A DNA stretch of 57,118 nt from Halocafeteria seosinensis. Lineage: Eukaryota. Below are positions 22,600 through 36,116 of this stretch, one piece after another. Position 1 is the stretch's first letter. The number at the start of each line of letters is the position of its first letter. The position numbers and the translations under genes are program-made. A model generated the notes under the pieces. It worked only from the letters and a program-made list of their open reading frames with translations, was not told the DNA's origin and made no database searches. The stretch spans positions 1 to 57,118 of the forward strand of contig LVLI01000576.1 in assembly GCA_001687465.1 (NCBI GenBank). Direction: 5' to 3'.

Positions 22600-23139
22600 C
22601 CAGCGTGTTCAACTCAGAGGTACATTAAAGCTTATACGTATTTTTTATCACCAGAGTTGAACTAGTTGACCTTCATACTCATAAGAGCCGGTATAGAAGC
22701 AAATGCTCTAAATTTCTCTTGTCCAAAACCCAGCACAAGAGGATGCTTTTTCCTCCTTGTTTTCACCTCTTTCCCGCCTTTTTCCCATTCACGCACATAC
22801 ATACATATACAACAAACAATGCTGATTCTTCTCAATCATGTAAAAAGTGATCAGAGTAATGCCATAACGAGCTTGGAAGCCCTAAAGACACGCGCGAATT
22901 CCTCTTGCGTGGCTCAAGTTGAAGCTGTGGAGAAACCTGGTCCCCCTTCAAGTTCCCTAAACGAACGTCCCACGAAAGCGGAGGTGTGTCACCTACACCC
23001 GAGACGAAGTGAAAGTGAAGCGTGTGCTCCTGAAACTTGATTGAAAGAGAAACAACACACTGATTTGATGAACAGAGGTGAAATAATGCACTTGTTACGT
23101 GTAATTACACTCTACTGCTGTATACGATATGACTACTAA

Positions 23140-23766
23140 GTGAAGTGACCCAGAGGAACTATGTACAGGAAGTTACTGGGTCGAGGTCAAGTGAACTGCA
23201 TACAGAAGAGGCAGCATTTTATCCCGGCCATGGACCATGGGGCATGCTGGACGAACTCTGCGAGCACCTATTGACTGAAAGAGTGCCATATCTCTCCATA
23301 CATACATACCACCGCATCGAGAAAAATCCTGAACCTATCAAATACCCAGCTAACAAATTTGAGTGGTAGTCCTGTGGTACACAAACAATGTTCTATAACT
23401 GAAGTTTAACGTTCAGAATGAAATATACTAAAGAACCGCACAAACAACGTGGAACATACAGCTAGCAATCGTAAACAGCGATATGGTGGCCTTCCACGTG
23501 TGTCTATTCCGAAATTGCGAAGTTGTGTCGCAAAAGGGAGGACCAGTAAGATTGTTTCGACCGCCTGATACGCTGTTATTAGGTCACAAAACAGGATCAG
23601 TACAGTTAAAAGTACAACCTCTAGCGAAATTGTTGCCATCGGCCGTACAACCGCGTTTGGCCGAGGGGAGAGCATTTCTCCCGACCTTGTTCTGGACGAC
23701 CCCTTGAGCGATGGACGTGAACATTAACCTGAACTTATCATCTCGCTTGGTCCCATCCTCTACCAT
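23140..23766 (-). pseudogene. Possible 3' relic of a PAP2/lipid-phosphate-phosphatase-like gene
   Basis: Fragments GRNALPSA, HTWKATISLF and YHSNLLAGYLIG are separated by intron-like GTATGT...CAG stretches. The frames do not join cleanly and there is no room for a 5' half. Confidence 0.3.
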
Positions 23767-23775
23767 TGACTTCTT

Positions 23776-24168
23776 TCAATGAGCTCTATCGCTATCAGCA
23801 GTTACTCCAGCTTCACGTTTGGCAATTTGCCACGCTTCAATGGCGCTCAGTCTGTTATCCTGACCGTACATAGCGTTGATCTGGCTCTGGCGATTTAACA
23901 TCGGAAGCTGGTCTTTCCCACGCTGCATAGCAGCCTCAATTTCCTCTTGGTTCTGTAAGTCCTTATTTCTTCTAAACTCTTCACGCACGCGACGCATCGC
24001 GTAACTTCGGAAATTGTAATCCTGTGCCCACATGAACGTCGACGGTATTGAGGCGTTCAAAGCATCCTTATATCATTCGTCCCTTGACGCATCGCAACTT
24101 ACCTTAAATGTCTTTGCTGCTTGCATATAAGCTTTATACAAGGCGCGTGCCTCACTTTGGGTCGACAT
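23776..24168 (-). CDS. ISD11: ISD11/LYRM4, Fe-S cluster cysteine desulfurase partner (2 exons)
   Basis: MSTQSEARALYKAYMQAAKTFK|DYNFRSYAMRRVREEFRRNK...LNRQSQINAMY. Confidence 0.9.
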
Positions 24169-24432
24169 GTTGCCTCTGTCGTGTTCCTCTGTAGCGTTGC
24201 CTAGCTCCTGCTGTTTCGAAGTGTTCAGTCAGTGATTACTGTGTCGCCCATCCGATAACTACTGCATACTATTGAGAGACCAATTCATCGTGTAGAGCAT
24301 GCTCCCGGATGATTATAGATCAATTCCACTTCAAGTGAACGATTTGTTTGCTGCCTTGCCTGGAATCCAGACTCTGCAGAGAGTGTTTGAGATGTTGGGG
24401 AATGATGTAGGCCTCAATGTTTTGTGACAACA

Positions 24433-25542
24433 ATGTCGGATCAATCGACGACGATGCGACGGGATCCCCAGGCGAACAGCACGCGCGATGAAGGAGATAT
24501 TGAGCAGCAACCCTTGTTGGAACACAACCAAAATGGTGATTATTACAGAACCCCCGAGAGTTCCACCAAGTCGGGTTCAAAGCCACCGAAGAGAGGTTCA
24601 GCCTTATTGTCGGCCTTGGCGTACTCGGCTTGCTCCATTTCTATGGTGCTTGTCAACAAAGGGATTTTCTCTAAGTTCGACTATCCATACAGCTTCACAG
24701 TTTTGGCGATCCAAGGCCTCCTAGCGGTAATTTGGCTGCTCGCGAGCCACTACGCGAATATCCTTACTTTGAAGCCACTTTCGAAGGAAGTGTTCAAGCA
24801 ATGGCTTCCTGTCAATTTGCTGTTCGTGGCGATGCTTTACACTAGCTTCCAAAGGTACGGCGTCTACTGCGGAATCGTGCAAGTGGAGTGAAGTTACAAC
24901 AATTGTAATCCTCGCAGTTTGAAGCTATTAGCTGTACCTTTAGTAACGATTTTCAAAAACATCACGAACCTCATAGTGCTTTACGGGGAATGGTTGTTCT
25001 TCAAAGAAAAATGCGATTCACAGGTTGTAGCGAGCCTCTGTGTGGTTGTTATCGGAGCCGTACTAGCAGGATGGACGGATATACATTTCACAGTTACGGG
25101 ATACGCCTGGATGTTACTCAATTGTCTAATGACGGCCAGCTATGTCTTGTACCTTCGAGCGGCTGTAACGTTAGACGTATCAACGCATGACAAAGCATTC
25201 TATAACAACCTTCTAATGATTCCAGTGGCACTGCTTCTCGCTGCCGCAACTGGTGAGTTTCCATTAGCTGTGACATCAGAGGAATGGGGTAACGGCAGCT
25301 TTGTCGCTACTGTAGTGTTTAGTGGAAGCGTAGGGTTCCTGCTAAATCTTGCTTCCATTTGGTGTGTCGCGTGTACAAGCGCTAGCACCTACAGTATGAT
25401 TGGAGCCCTGAACAAAGTGCCTTTATCTGTCGTCGGCGTCTTGGTATTTAGCGAACCGGTCACCTTCCGAACAGCGATCTTCATATCCATGTCTCTACTG
25501 GGTGGAGTTATGTATACCAGAGCACGTACGCGCAAAACGTGA
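24433..25542 (+). CDS. GDP-mannose transporter (VRG4/GONST-type nucleotide-sugar transporter), 2 exons
   Basis: Motifs AYSACSISMVLVNK, TIFKNITNL, FYNNLL and the GDP-sugar signature MIGALNKVP, with about 10 TM segments. Confidence 0.88.
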
Positions 25543-25695
25543 ATTCTAGATGAACGACAAATTTTGGACTATGTGATATGAAACTGAGAAGTGTCTTATT
25601 GGCTTTTCGAAGGAGTTCCAGAACTTCAAAGGGTTTGCCTCCAACACGCCAAGCCTTGTAGAGATCTACAGCAACACTGGCACTTGGTATGGCTC

Positions 25696-28600
25696 TTAAA
25701 ACTCAAGTTTCACGGTAAAGTCGTATACCACCATGAGGCCAGCAGGCCTCGATCGAATGGTGGCGGACTGAGTAGTGGTATCGTACTCGAATTCAAGAGA
25801 GAACTGGGAATCCTTAGAGTCAATAGCAGTAATTTGCTTCGGTTGCGTAGGGAGACCTACGACAACTATCTTTTCCACAACATTCGTTGGAGCATGAGAC
25901 TTGCCTCCACCAGCTCTTACCGAACGAAGTTCGTGGACAGACTTTTCAACGGGAGAATACGTGAACCGGCGCAGCCTGTAAGCCTCTTTGCGAATATAGT
26001 CGTAGGAATGGCCGTCATCCAAGTAAAGATCACCAGAAGCCTTCAACGATTGGTCGAGGGCCACAGTCAACGTATAGGGATCACGGATCATAACCGTGGC
26101 ACACCGCCGAGCACGTTCCTGTCTAGGGACAATTGTTCCTCCTCTTTGGAACACCGGAATTTTTTCTAAACCAGCATCGATCTCCTGCTGAAACGGTGTT
26201 CCATCATCACTATATCCATTAGGAATGACGAAGGGTTTAAGGGTCTCCACGTCATACCATTTTTCTCCAGCTTTCCCTGGGAACATTGTGTTCACTTTGC
26301 GAGCTCCCTCTTCGGTCACCGGATGCACCAGTAGAGCGTCACCGAGCATCCATTCAGAGGAAAGGGTATACAGCGCCGTAGCCGACGGGAACTCCATCCA
26401 AATGGGACGCATGACTGGCTCTCCGCTACCTAATGTATTCCTGGCATAAAGAGTATAGATGTAGGGCAATAATGCGTACCTCCGTCGAACACTAGTCTTA
26501 AGGTTCTCCATAGTTTCTTCTCCAAATAGCCATGGTTCCCGACGCTTTGTGTCAATGTGTGCATGAGCTCTGAAAAAAGGTTGTAGGCTTCCCACCTGGT
26601 ACCACCGAATGAGTAATTCATGGGAAGGGTTATTGAAGAAACCTCCAACATCCGCTCCTGCAAAAGGAAGCCCTGCAACCCCAATAGAGAGCAACATAGG
26701 GTTGCTCGCTGCCAGGTGGTCCCAGCTAGCAAAGTTATCCCCCGTCCAAATTGCGCCGTGCCTTTGTGTTCCAGCAAAGAATGCTCTACTCAAGATAAAC
26801 GAGCGCGCATTGTGGTCGGGCGCCCTCTTCGCGTGGCCATCAGCCGTTGCCATGTTATTATAGAAACCATATAAGTTGTGCCATTCACGATGTTCAACGC
26901 CGGAAATAGACTTTGCATCCTGCAATAGGGAAACACATAAATCCATGCAGCTATTCTAACGGATTTAAATAAGACAACACATACTTTGTTCATTGTAACC
27001 TCCGGGCCATTGAACACGGAGGGTTCATTCATATCAATCCACGTGAAAAGGTTTTTTGTAGATCCTTTGTAGTTCTCAAAGGAAAACCGGGACGCCCACC
27101 ACTCACGGACACGAGCACTGTAAAAAGCAACTGAGGGTAGACGACGGTAACACCATAGACCACGTTCACATTACTCACTCTGTGAAATCTAAGTAGGAAG
27201 AGCTGCCTGGCCAGCACCAGCCTTCAAAGTCCTTTGTCCCGGACTTATCTTTGACGTACAAGCCCTTCCGGGTCGCTTCAGAGTGGATAGCGTAGTTGTC
27301 GTCCCTTTTGATATGCGGATCAATAATGGTCACCATTTTCCTTCCACGGGAAGCAAGGCGATTCTGCATCTCAGCCGGATTGGGGAAGAGCTTACTATCC
27401 CATGTAAAGTACCGCTTTCCATCAGTGTGCTCGATGTCTAGCCACTGCGAATCACAAATATATGATCAACAAATACAGGTTATCCAAAGCATTACAAGTA
27501 ACAGTTCCTCGTGTTCATTCCTTACCAGCACATCATATGGGAAGTCATGCTCTTCAAACTTCGCATCAACAGCGAGCACATCCGCTTCATCACGATAGTT
27601 CCATCTACACTGGTGGTATCCCAAGGAGAACAGAGGTGGCAACTCTGCCGTTCCTGTTATCGCCCCATACTGTCTTAAAACATGCCCGGGTGTTGTCCCT
27701 GGGAGTAAGAATAAATCGATCACTCCAGCTTCAGAGACCCAGCGAGAATTAATTGGTTCTTGGTCTTTCTCATGGACGGCATGGCCTTCTTCATTTACGG
27801 AGGGAGACTCAATATCGACAAACGTCTCAGAAGGATTGTTCCAAAAGATGGCCGATGTGCCACTAGGACCGTGACCAATCATCATCGGAATGCTTCCATA
27901 AAGAGCCATTGGGGAATCCAATTCATATTCGAATACATCAAGGTTATACAGCCGGTACGGCTCGTTGTATCCCTTGTCGGATTTTCCGCGAGTGTTTTTC
28001 AAAGCGAAGGAAGAGGCATGTTCAGGGATACCGTAAACGTACATGGCATTGGGAAAGGAGATATCTGCACCGACACTTGTAGGGCCTTGTGGTTTCGTGT
28101 CCCTATGAGAACCAAAGCTCTCTTCCCAGGTTCCGTCCTGGCTGTCGCTTGGAGCATTGCGCGATGCTTCATGACGCTCAACCGAAGCTTCTCTATGAGG
28201 ATCAGCTTTCGGCTCATCTCCTTCTTCCTCCTGGTGATCGCCCTGTTCCCCTTCGTCCGCATAAATAGGCTTCCCATCTTCTCCCCAGTCCAGGATCTTA
28301 CGACCACCATGTTCGTGAGCTTCCTCTTCCTCCTCTTCGATTTCACTGGGAGGGACTCCCTCCGCAGATCGCGTTCGACGGTGCTCAAAGTATAACAATT
28401 CTCTGTGACACACACAAATTTGCAAAACCCAGATGGACATTGCAGCAGTTGTGGTGGTCTAAACAACACGCTTACCTCTTATTGACAGTCAACACGTGTA
28501 CTCCGTCATGGTATACTTCGGCCCGAATCGGATCATGGAAAAGGACTAGTAGGGCATTTTTTCCTTCTTCGGTTTGGTAAGATACAATTGAGCAAGTAGC

Positions 28601-29234
28601 ATCCTTAGGAATATTAGCGTTAGCTTGTGATACCACAGGATCATCAGTTTTCACTAATGTAGGTGTAGCTCCCACCAATTTGTGGTCCAGGACGACATCC
28701 GGAGACTGTACCACGAGCGTCGGCAATCGTTTAACTAGGACAAAAAGGAGAGGGGAAAACATGGTTTCAACATTTGCTTACCTCCCATCGCGGCTGCCAT
28801 TGCTCTTCTCGATAATGCTCGACAAGACGCAGTCGAATGGCTCCAGAGGTGAGAAATCGGGCCGTCAATTTGAATGCAGGCGAGTCCGCCACATTCCGGT
28901 GGGCGAGTGCAACTAACGTGTCTTGGGACAATTCCACTGTGGATTGATCGATCCACATCTGTGTCGTCATGCGATAGAAATAGCGTCAATATAGAGCAAA
29001 ATGCTCCAAAACATCCACTTCACAGTGGAGGTTCCCTCCCTTTGCAAACGATTTTTAAGAGCTTTAACGTACCTTTGGTTCCGGCACAACGTCACGATGA
29101 CGTCGGCAGAACCCTGTTTGACCACATGTCCGGAAATTATTGTGATCTACAGCCTCTACAGGCTGCTGTATGAAGGAGAGAATCGCGATGACCGCGGGCA
29201 ACACCAGCATTATGTATCCTAGCGCCATTGCCAT
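25696..29234 (-). CDS. GANAB: Glucosidase II alpha subunit (GH31), multi-exon
   Basis: Signal peptide, then [69 protein letters not shown] and [16 protein letters not shown]. Confidence 0.95.
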
Positions 29235-29591
29235 CGTTGGTATGTACTTGACCACTAGATACACGGATACTTGGGTGTCTCTACGTGCTATCCCTCGGCA
29301 AGAACTGGAATATAACCACTTCACATGCAACAATACGTGAAAATCCCTTCTAAATGCTAGACTTGAGTCTCCCCTGTATCTTCCCCTTTAAAATGCTTTT
29401 TGTCATTTCACTGACTTGAGCGACTCGCCAACTTGCGACGTGACCTGAAGTGTTACACGGTCAGCGAGAAGTGCGGCTTCCCGACACTTCCCTCTCAGCT
29501 TCCACTTGGGCTTTACCAGTCACAACGAGTAGGCGCATATATCTAGTTCCAATGGTAGAGAAGCACACTGTAACATTATATCTCACTCAGT

Positions 29592-32338
29592 CTACAACCT
29601 AAATGGTTCCACATGGCAACGAGTATTATGTTCAATGGCTAGGCTAACGCACTCGTTGTTCAACGTGTCAGGTCCACAAACAAGCATTTGTGGATCTGAA
29701 GCCGCAGCGTGCTTTCCTATTATTCTGTCTAACGGAGGCCGTCGACCGAAAATCATAGTGGACATGGCTTTTGAACAAGCAGAACGACTCGAGTAACCGT
29801 CTGTGTGCTGTAGTAAATCCTCTGAGCTGATAGGCGTGGTACAGAAGAGAGAAATCTTAAAGGGTGCCAAATTTGAAGCATCAACGAGCAGCTCTGCACA
29901 AAGATCGACTAGGGCTGGATTCCGCATAACCCATACAAGATGTACAGTGGGAGCACTACATTCGTCTCGTAACTCCCTAAGCACTAGTTCGGCGAGAAGA
30001 CTATGAAAGGCGGAAACCCCAATACCACCAGCTACAAGGAGAACTTCATCCGACCCCTCTATAGAAGGAAACCTTCCGTAGGGTCCCTCAACCAGGAGGG
30101 AAGGAACTATGCTGAGCTCTGGATTTGAGAAGGAATTTACTGAGGAGCGTCTGTCGTTACTATCCTGCATAGTATAGGTAAGCTGCGCCAGTTCCCCTGT
30201 CCATGTCCCGGTCCCCTGTAATCAAAACGAAAAACGCAACATCTTTATTCCCACATTCACTATACCTACGGTGGGCATACTTACGAGGTCTTGAACGACA
30301 AGAACTTTACGTGACCTACGAGGATGAGAAAATACATAAAACGGATGCCAGCTGAGCACGGAAAGCTCGGGAATTTGGATGCGAACAAATTGTCCAGACT
30401 CATGCCTCATTTGGGGAGCATCGAACGCAATTAACGTGACTTCGGCTTTGGGCAGATGCTTCAGTTCGCACATCTTATACCTGCGCAGTTGTTGGAGAGT
30501 CCTTTGGCAGACATCAACCCACCAGAGTAGCAATCCTGTACCACCGTAGTACCAGAAATTCCAAGCATGCAGCAAAGCAACAAAATAAATGATGATACCC
30601 AGATGATGCACATAATAAAAAATCTCATAATTTCTCCTCCGACAAAGCAGGGCGGTAAATATAATTGCAGATGCCATTATCCAGGCAATCTCCGCGAGTA
30701 CAACAGTAAAGTTGTCATAATGGTATTCATTGCTTGAAATCTCCAAAAAGTCAATCGAAACAACATTAGACGCGAGGGAGCCTTCTCCTAACCATTTTAT
30801 CATCCACAAGACCATGTGAACGGTCAACAGCAAATACGTGATATATCCCAGTATTTTGTGATAAGAAAGGAAGGATTGATACGGTATTTGAAAGATTGCA
30901 ACAAAGACGTTGTTGCGACTCTGTGTATGCACGATAATACTTAGCGCGTAACCACCTTAACAAAGTACATGTCAAACATACCACGGGAAACGCTATCGTT
31001 GCCATAAACAACGATGCCAAATGTCCAAAAATAGAAGACGCAATTCGAAATCCATCAGCTCCCTGCACTTGTAAAAAACGCAAAAGGCTTATACACTATA
31101 TGGACTAGACAATCTGGATTGGCGAGTCTTACCTTTTGTGTGTGTTCCATGCCCCACCACACTCCCCAGAAGATGCTGAAGCAGCAGAACCCAACTACAA
31201 TGACAAATTCTCCGACGGACATTGTATAACGCCAAGCACAGCAAAATATCTTAAGGATTTTGTTAACACCAGAAGCAGGCCGCGTTAGCCAAAGTTTCAG
31301 CCAAGGCTTCACCTCGATGAGAACTCCAGCAGTTATCAGGATCACGAACGCTCCAAAATAGACCAGACAATCCGTGCGAAGCTCGAAAATGGAGTTTGAA
31401 GACGCAGATTTGGTGAAGAAAGCACCAGATGTTGGAATAGAGTACTGAGGCAAAAAACCACTGAGCAAATATAGCATAACCGCAATTGACCCCAAAAATA
31501 TCGAAGCAAGAGTCGTGCTCCCGGAGTTGCCAAGAGCAAGGGAATTGCTAGCATTCCAGTGCGAGAAGAGCGTCGTCCCGAGACTCCCAAAAGCAACAGT
31601 GAATGCAATGCCGCACAACTGCAGGAACGTGTTGCAGCCATTGGATTTCGGCCAATCGTCACCTGTGGTCTCCCCAGGTTTGTGCTTGGTGCCACAGTTC
31701 GGGACTATCAGGAGGACGATCGAAGCCGCCATGGCGCCGAAAAAGAGAGCCTCGAGTGTCCCCACCAATACACTGTGACATGAGTCCGTGAATGAGGACC
31801 TGTTGGCGTTCCATAGAGTAAGACCAAACAGCAAACTCCAAAGACCTATCGAGACACCAACAAGAATCACGAGGACACCGAAGAAGTTCGACCATTGCAA
31901 GACGCCATACAGTCCAGGGTGTATACTCGGCTGTGCGAAAGACTTCCCTATAAGTTCTAAACCACCTGCTGTGGCTGCTGTTGCAATGAGGATACCCATC
32001 AGTAGATACATGAGGGCCGGATACACTGGTTCCTCCATTTGGAATGGCTCTGTCGATAACAGAGGCAGCTTCATCTGTGAGTTACTCGCTACCATAGGAA
32101 GAGTCTCAGAAAGCAACATACCTGCTATATCACCAGCGTCGGGCGATGAGAAGTCCGCGTAGGGCGATGCGAAGTCCTCGTAAGTGCCTAGAAGAGGCTC
32201 CGTCGCCGCTACTGGTGTGCTGTTATCGTCCTGCTCAAGGAGCGTCACGCGAGGACCGCCAGCACCATTGGCGCGAGTACCGGCGCCATACTGTCTATTC
32301 ATCGCTACAGGTAGTCGTGTGTTCTGGATAAAACTCAT
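29592..32338 (-). CDS. Ferric reductase/NADPH-oxidase-family flavocytochrome with an extra N-terminal membrane region
   Basis: Heme His pairs (YHKILG...VHM; VHHLG...LHAW), FAD motif WHPFY, EGPYG, LVAGGIG, CGP and a C-terminal HVEPF. Confidence 0.87.
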
Positions 32339-33329
32339 TTTATAGCTCTGGAAGGACCTGTCAGAGGGTAAAGCGGATTTACTCAATCTATTTCCATGCC
32401 CTCGTTTCAATTCATTAATATCAAATATGAAGGATCCAACTACTGTGAGACAAACAACAGGGCAAAACAATGCATAAAAGAGTATGAAGACTGTATCGTG
32501 AAGACTACACCGTTGAAGTTTGGAGAGCGGAGACCAGTCACTGGACTCGACTCAAGTGTACTGTATATGCGCCTTTCATGGCTGCGTTGGTTTGCCCATA
32601 TGCAAACCGGATGTGCTAAATAAATCCAGCTTACACGGCGTACTCGGAAAAATGCTAGGTGTGAGGAGCTAGAGAGATGCTGTGCTACAACTTGTACAAA
32701 AGTTCAAACCAGTGTGCACTTCACTTAAGAAACCAAGCTCAATGATTGTGAGATTACCTACACGCGTCGGTGTTATACTCCATGACTTTTTAATTGTAGT
32801 GCCTAGTATTTACGTATAAATATTCCGGTATCCTTACTGGAAGTCTGCCTGAGAATACATGTGAGTGCCTTGAGGAATTCAAAACCCAACCTGCCTTAAT
32901 GCTGTAAGTGTACGCAGCTTCCTACTAGAATTAATTGATAAGTAAGTAGATGCCATTTAGTGTAACTGATATGGCAACATGCAAATATAACGAAATATCA
33001 GTACACTGACAGACAAAGCTTTAGCCGGTAGGCCATACATGATTTACTACTACTACTGGTAGCTTTGTTGTACCGTCGACCGTTACATGTCTGAACAAGA
33101 TACGTAACGTATATTAATCAATATACGTCTATATTTTCAAGAATTATTAAATTTAATAAAAATTCGCGGGCGTTAGATACGTATGGATAGTTTTTTCCTC
33201 CAAGATGGCTTAGGTTCTCTCATCAATAGCCATACGCCATACGACTGTAAGCGTCTTCCAGTAGGTGTTCTGCGACACTGAAACCACTGATATTGCTGCC
33301 TCAAATACTCTATTAGGTAACGCCGGTGG

Positions 33330-33360
<31 letters not shown>

Positions 33361-33386
33361 CCTCCGGTATACGACGACGACGACGA
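33330..33386 (+). repeat. (GT)n followed by (ACG)n microsatellites
   Basis: Read directly from the sequence. Confidence 0.9.
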
Positions 33387-33978
33387 TGTGACTGATGGCC
33401 CACCGGCAGCTGGATGTTAGCCGCTACACTTAGGTAGCAGCTGGCAACTACAGGCCCGCTGTTCCACTAGGAGAGAGGCAGCATATATATTGTAAACGAG
33501 TGACTTCCAAGCATTGACGCAGACCCGAACTTCAGTATCCGTTTCCGTCACATCGCATGGGACCTCCGCATGGCTAGTTAGCAGTTCATGGATTAATAGG
33601 ATTGGGAGGATATTGTTGTTAGTTTCCGAGAAGAAGGAATGCCTACCATACGTACATGTATTGGTTGGTCTGCTGTAAGAGAGAAAGAGGGAGAGTGTGT
33701 GTTTCAGTACCGAATGCGTGTCAGAACCACACACACCCCCACATCCCCCTTCAAATTATTTTTTTTTTTTTTTTTTCAAACTTGGCGCAGAGCTGTGGTA
33801 TCCTTAACACTTCGGAGTTCTTCCCGAGATGCACTGCTTCAGCAACCGGGGAGCGCGCGGTGGAGGACGGGACCTTCGCCGTCCCCTGCCCGTCCCTCAC
33901 TACAGAAGTCGTAAACTGGCGGATTGTTGTTTCAAGGTTTATACAGTGTAAAGCTTGATTTCCGTAGAGTCGGGTTCA

Positions 33979-36116
33979 ATGACTACCGTGTACAGTCCCC
34001 CCAATATGTCGGCCGCATCCTCTGGTAGAGATGGTCGTCCTCCATTGTGTACAGACGGCACAGAAGCAACAGAAACCACTTCATCGCCCTCCTCTGTTTC
34101 GTCGTCTTCGGCGGCTACGATGGCTTCTTCCCCCACGTCAGGCTCAGGAGGGCGCCGTTTATCCTCCTTTTTCAATGACCACAAGGACCAACTGAGCAAA
34201 GGCAAGCGCCACGGCAAGAGGTAGGACGACGAGACTGCACGCGCACTTAAACGCTTTAGCACACGTCTTCTTCATGCTTTGGTGGTGCAGAATTGTCGAA
34301 CAGAGCCTTGGCTCCGATGGCATTCTCCTCTGGAACGCTATAGAGCGATGTGTATTGGATTTCTACGGAGCAGGCAAGATGCACGAGCTCAGAGAAGCGG
34401 TACGTGCTCCCTCTAGTTGTCATTTGTCAGAACTATCATTGCAAACCTGTCCTAGCTACAGGTCTTTGAGCTGGCTTTGAAGGGATCCAAAGTAGCGAGT
34501 CCTAGTCTTCTTAAAGCAGCCAAGTGGAAGCAGATAAAGCGTTATGGAGAACGGGTGCAAAAACCGTTTATGGTAAGGAGTATTTTACTCATCCCTGCAC
34601 CGGCACGTGTGTTACTTGGTTGCTTGTGCATACAGGACGTCTTGTACTTGGCGCATAGCTGTGCATGCGCCGGAAACAGTCATTCGGCATCGGTAGACTC
34701 AACACCCCTTACGGAGAGTGTGCGAAGTCTACATGATGTACTTCTCGCTATTCTTCGCGGATGCGTGAAGGAAGATCCTCAAGAGCCGACGTACTCGTTA
34801 TATCTTACCAAGTGAGTTCACCTCCAAAACAATGCCAATAGCTCTCGCTAACTCAAGTCACTATGTGTGTGTCATTTCAGCTCATTCATCAACATTGGCA
34901 ATGGATTCTTCTTGGACACAGTGATGAACTCAGAGAGGTACCAAGAGGAGCGGAAGATGATTGCCGGAGCGACGTCAGCGCTTCTGCAGAAACTTGGGCA
35001 TCCAGAGTTTGCAGGGGCAGATACGTTCAGAGCTCCGCGGTGCACTAAGCCTGGTTGCAGGTTAGTTGCCACATATGACAAAATGTGCGCTTCACACGCT
35101 TTAGCAAAAGTCCGGCAGCGGTTTCGCGCCCCTAAACTTGCCGAGTTCCTGCGAGATACGCATATGCTAAACTCTTTCTACCAGTATGCGCATCGAGAAA
35201 ACAACATTGAGTTGAAGTTGCAACTGTCGTTTGTGTTGGCCGTTGAAGACTACCGTCAAATACGGAATTCCAAACTGAAATTACGCCGAGCTAAGATCAT
35301 TCTTGAGAAGTATTTATCTCCCAAGAGCGGGTTTTACATTGGAAATTCGATTAGCGCTTACGTATGTTTTCTAGCTTGACTTGCGTAAACTGAGTGCTGG
35401 ATGAGTTCACCGTTCGCATGCGATCAATGCAGGGCAATGGTGAAATAAATGCTGTTGCGGCAGCTATTGAAGCTTGTGAGACTGGGTATGCAAATCCGAA
35501 GCACGTTCTATATCTGCATCGGACCATGCAGTCTGACAATGAATCAAGCTTTGGGATGATTACAAGGGAGTTTGAGCACCTCAATATACGTAGTCGGGTA
35601 GATTCCGATAGTGATTATAGTGAATCAAAGGACTGTATTGACATGACAGAAGAAGGAACCGGTCCGTCCAGCGCACGGGAAAATGCAGTGTCCTCATACT
35701 ATAGGCATTCATCCTTTGATGTCTTCAGAAAAGTTCCCCGATACTCATCTTCTTCAATCTCTAACGAGAGAGAAAGTAAGAGCGACCGCGATCTTTATCG
35801 AAACGGTTCGTGGAGCCCTCGAGTACAACCCTCACTGTTGGATCCTTCATGTGCTCTTCCATCGACTTTGTTTGATGCTATCAAGGAGAGCGCTCTCGAA
35901 TCTATTGAGGTGGTATTCCAGTGCAAATTTGTGATCAGTAAAGAGTTTCAAGCACTGCTGGAACAGACATGCAAGGAAGCAATAACTCCTCCAGGTCCCG
36001 GGTCAAAAGGAATACAACAAGTCGCTGAAGTTGATGCAGATAGGCTGTTTGATGATTGCGATCCGGAGAATGACACAGAGCAAACTGGAAGAGATGGTGG
36101 CATTTCCAGAGCCTGA
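33979..36116 (+). CDS. RGS-domain protein with a Cys/His zinc-finger-like motif, multi-exon
   Basis: LAEFLRD...SFYQYAHRE...LSFVLAVEDYR...RAKIILEKYL...FYI, and later LFDAIKESALESIE...KFVISKEF. These are preceded by RCTKPGCRLVATYDKMCASH. Confidence 0.75.

Noticed and set aside
25591..28395. Long plus-strand ORFs (192 aa, 211 aa) and many similar antisense ORFs in the track
   Set aside because: They are shadow frames of well-supported genes on the opposite strand.
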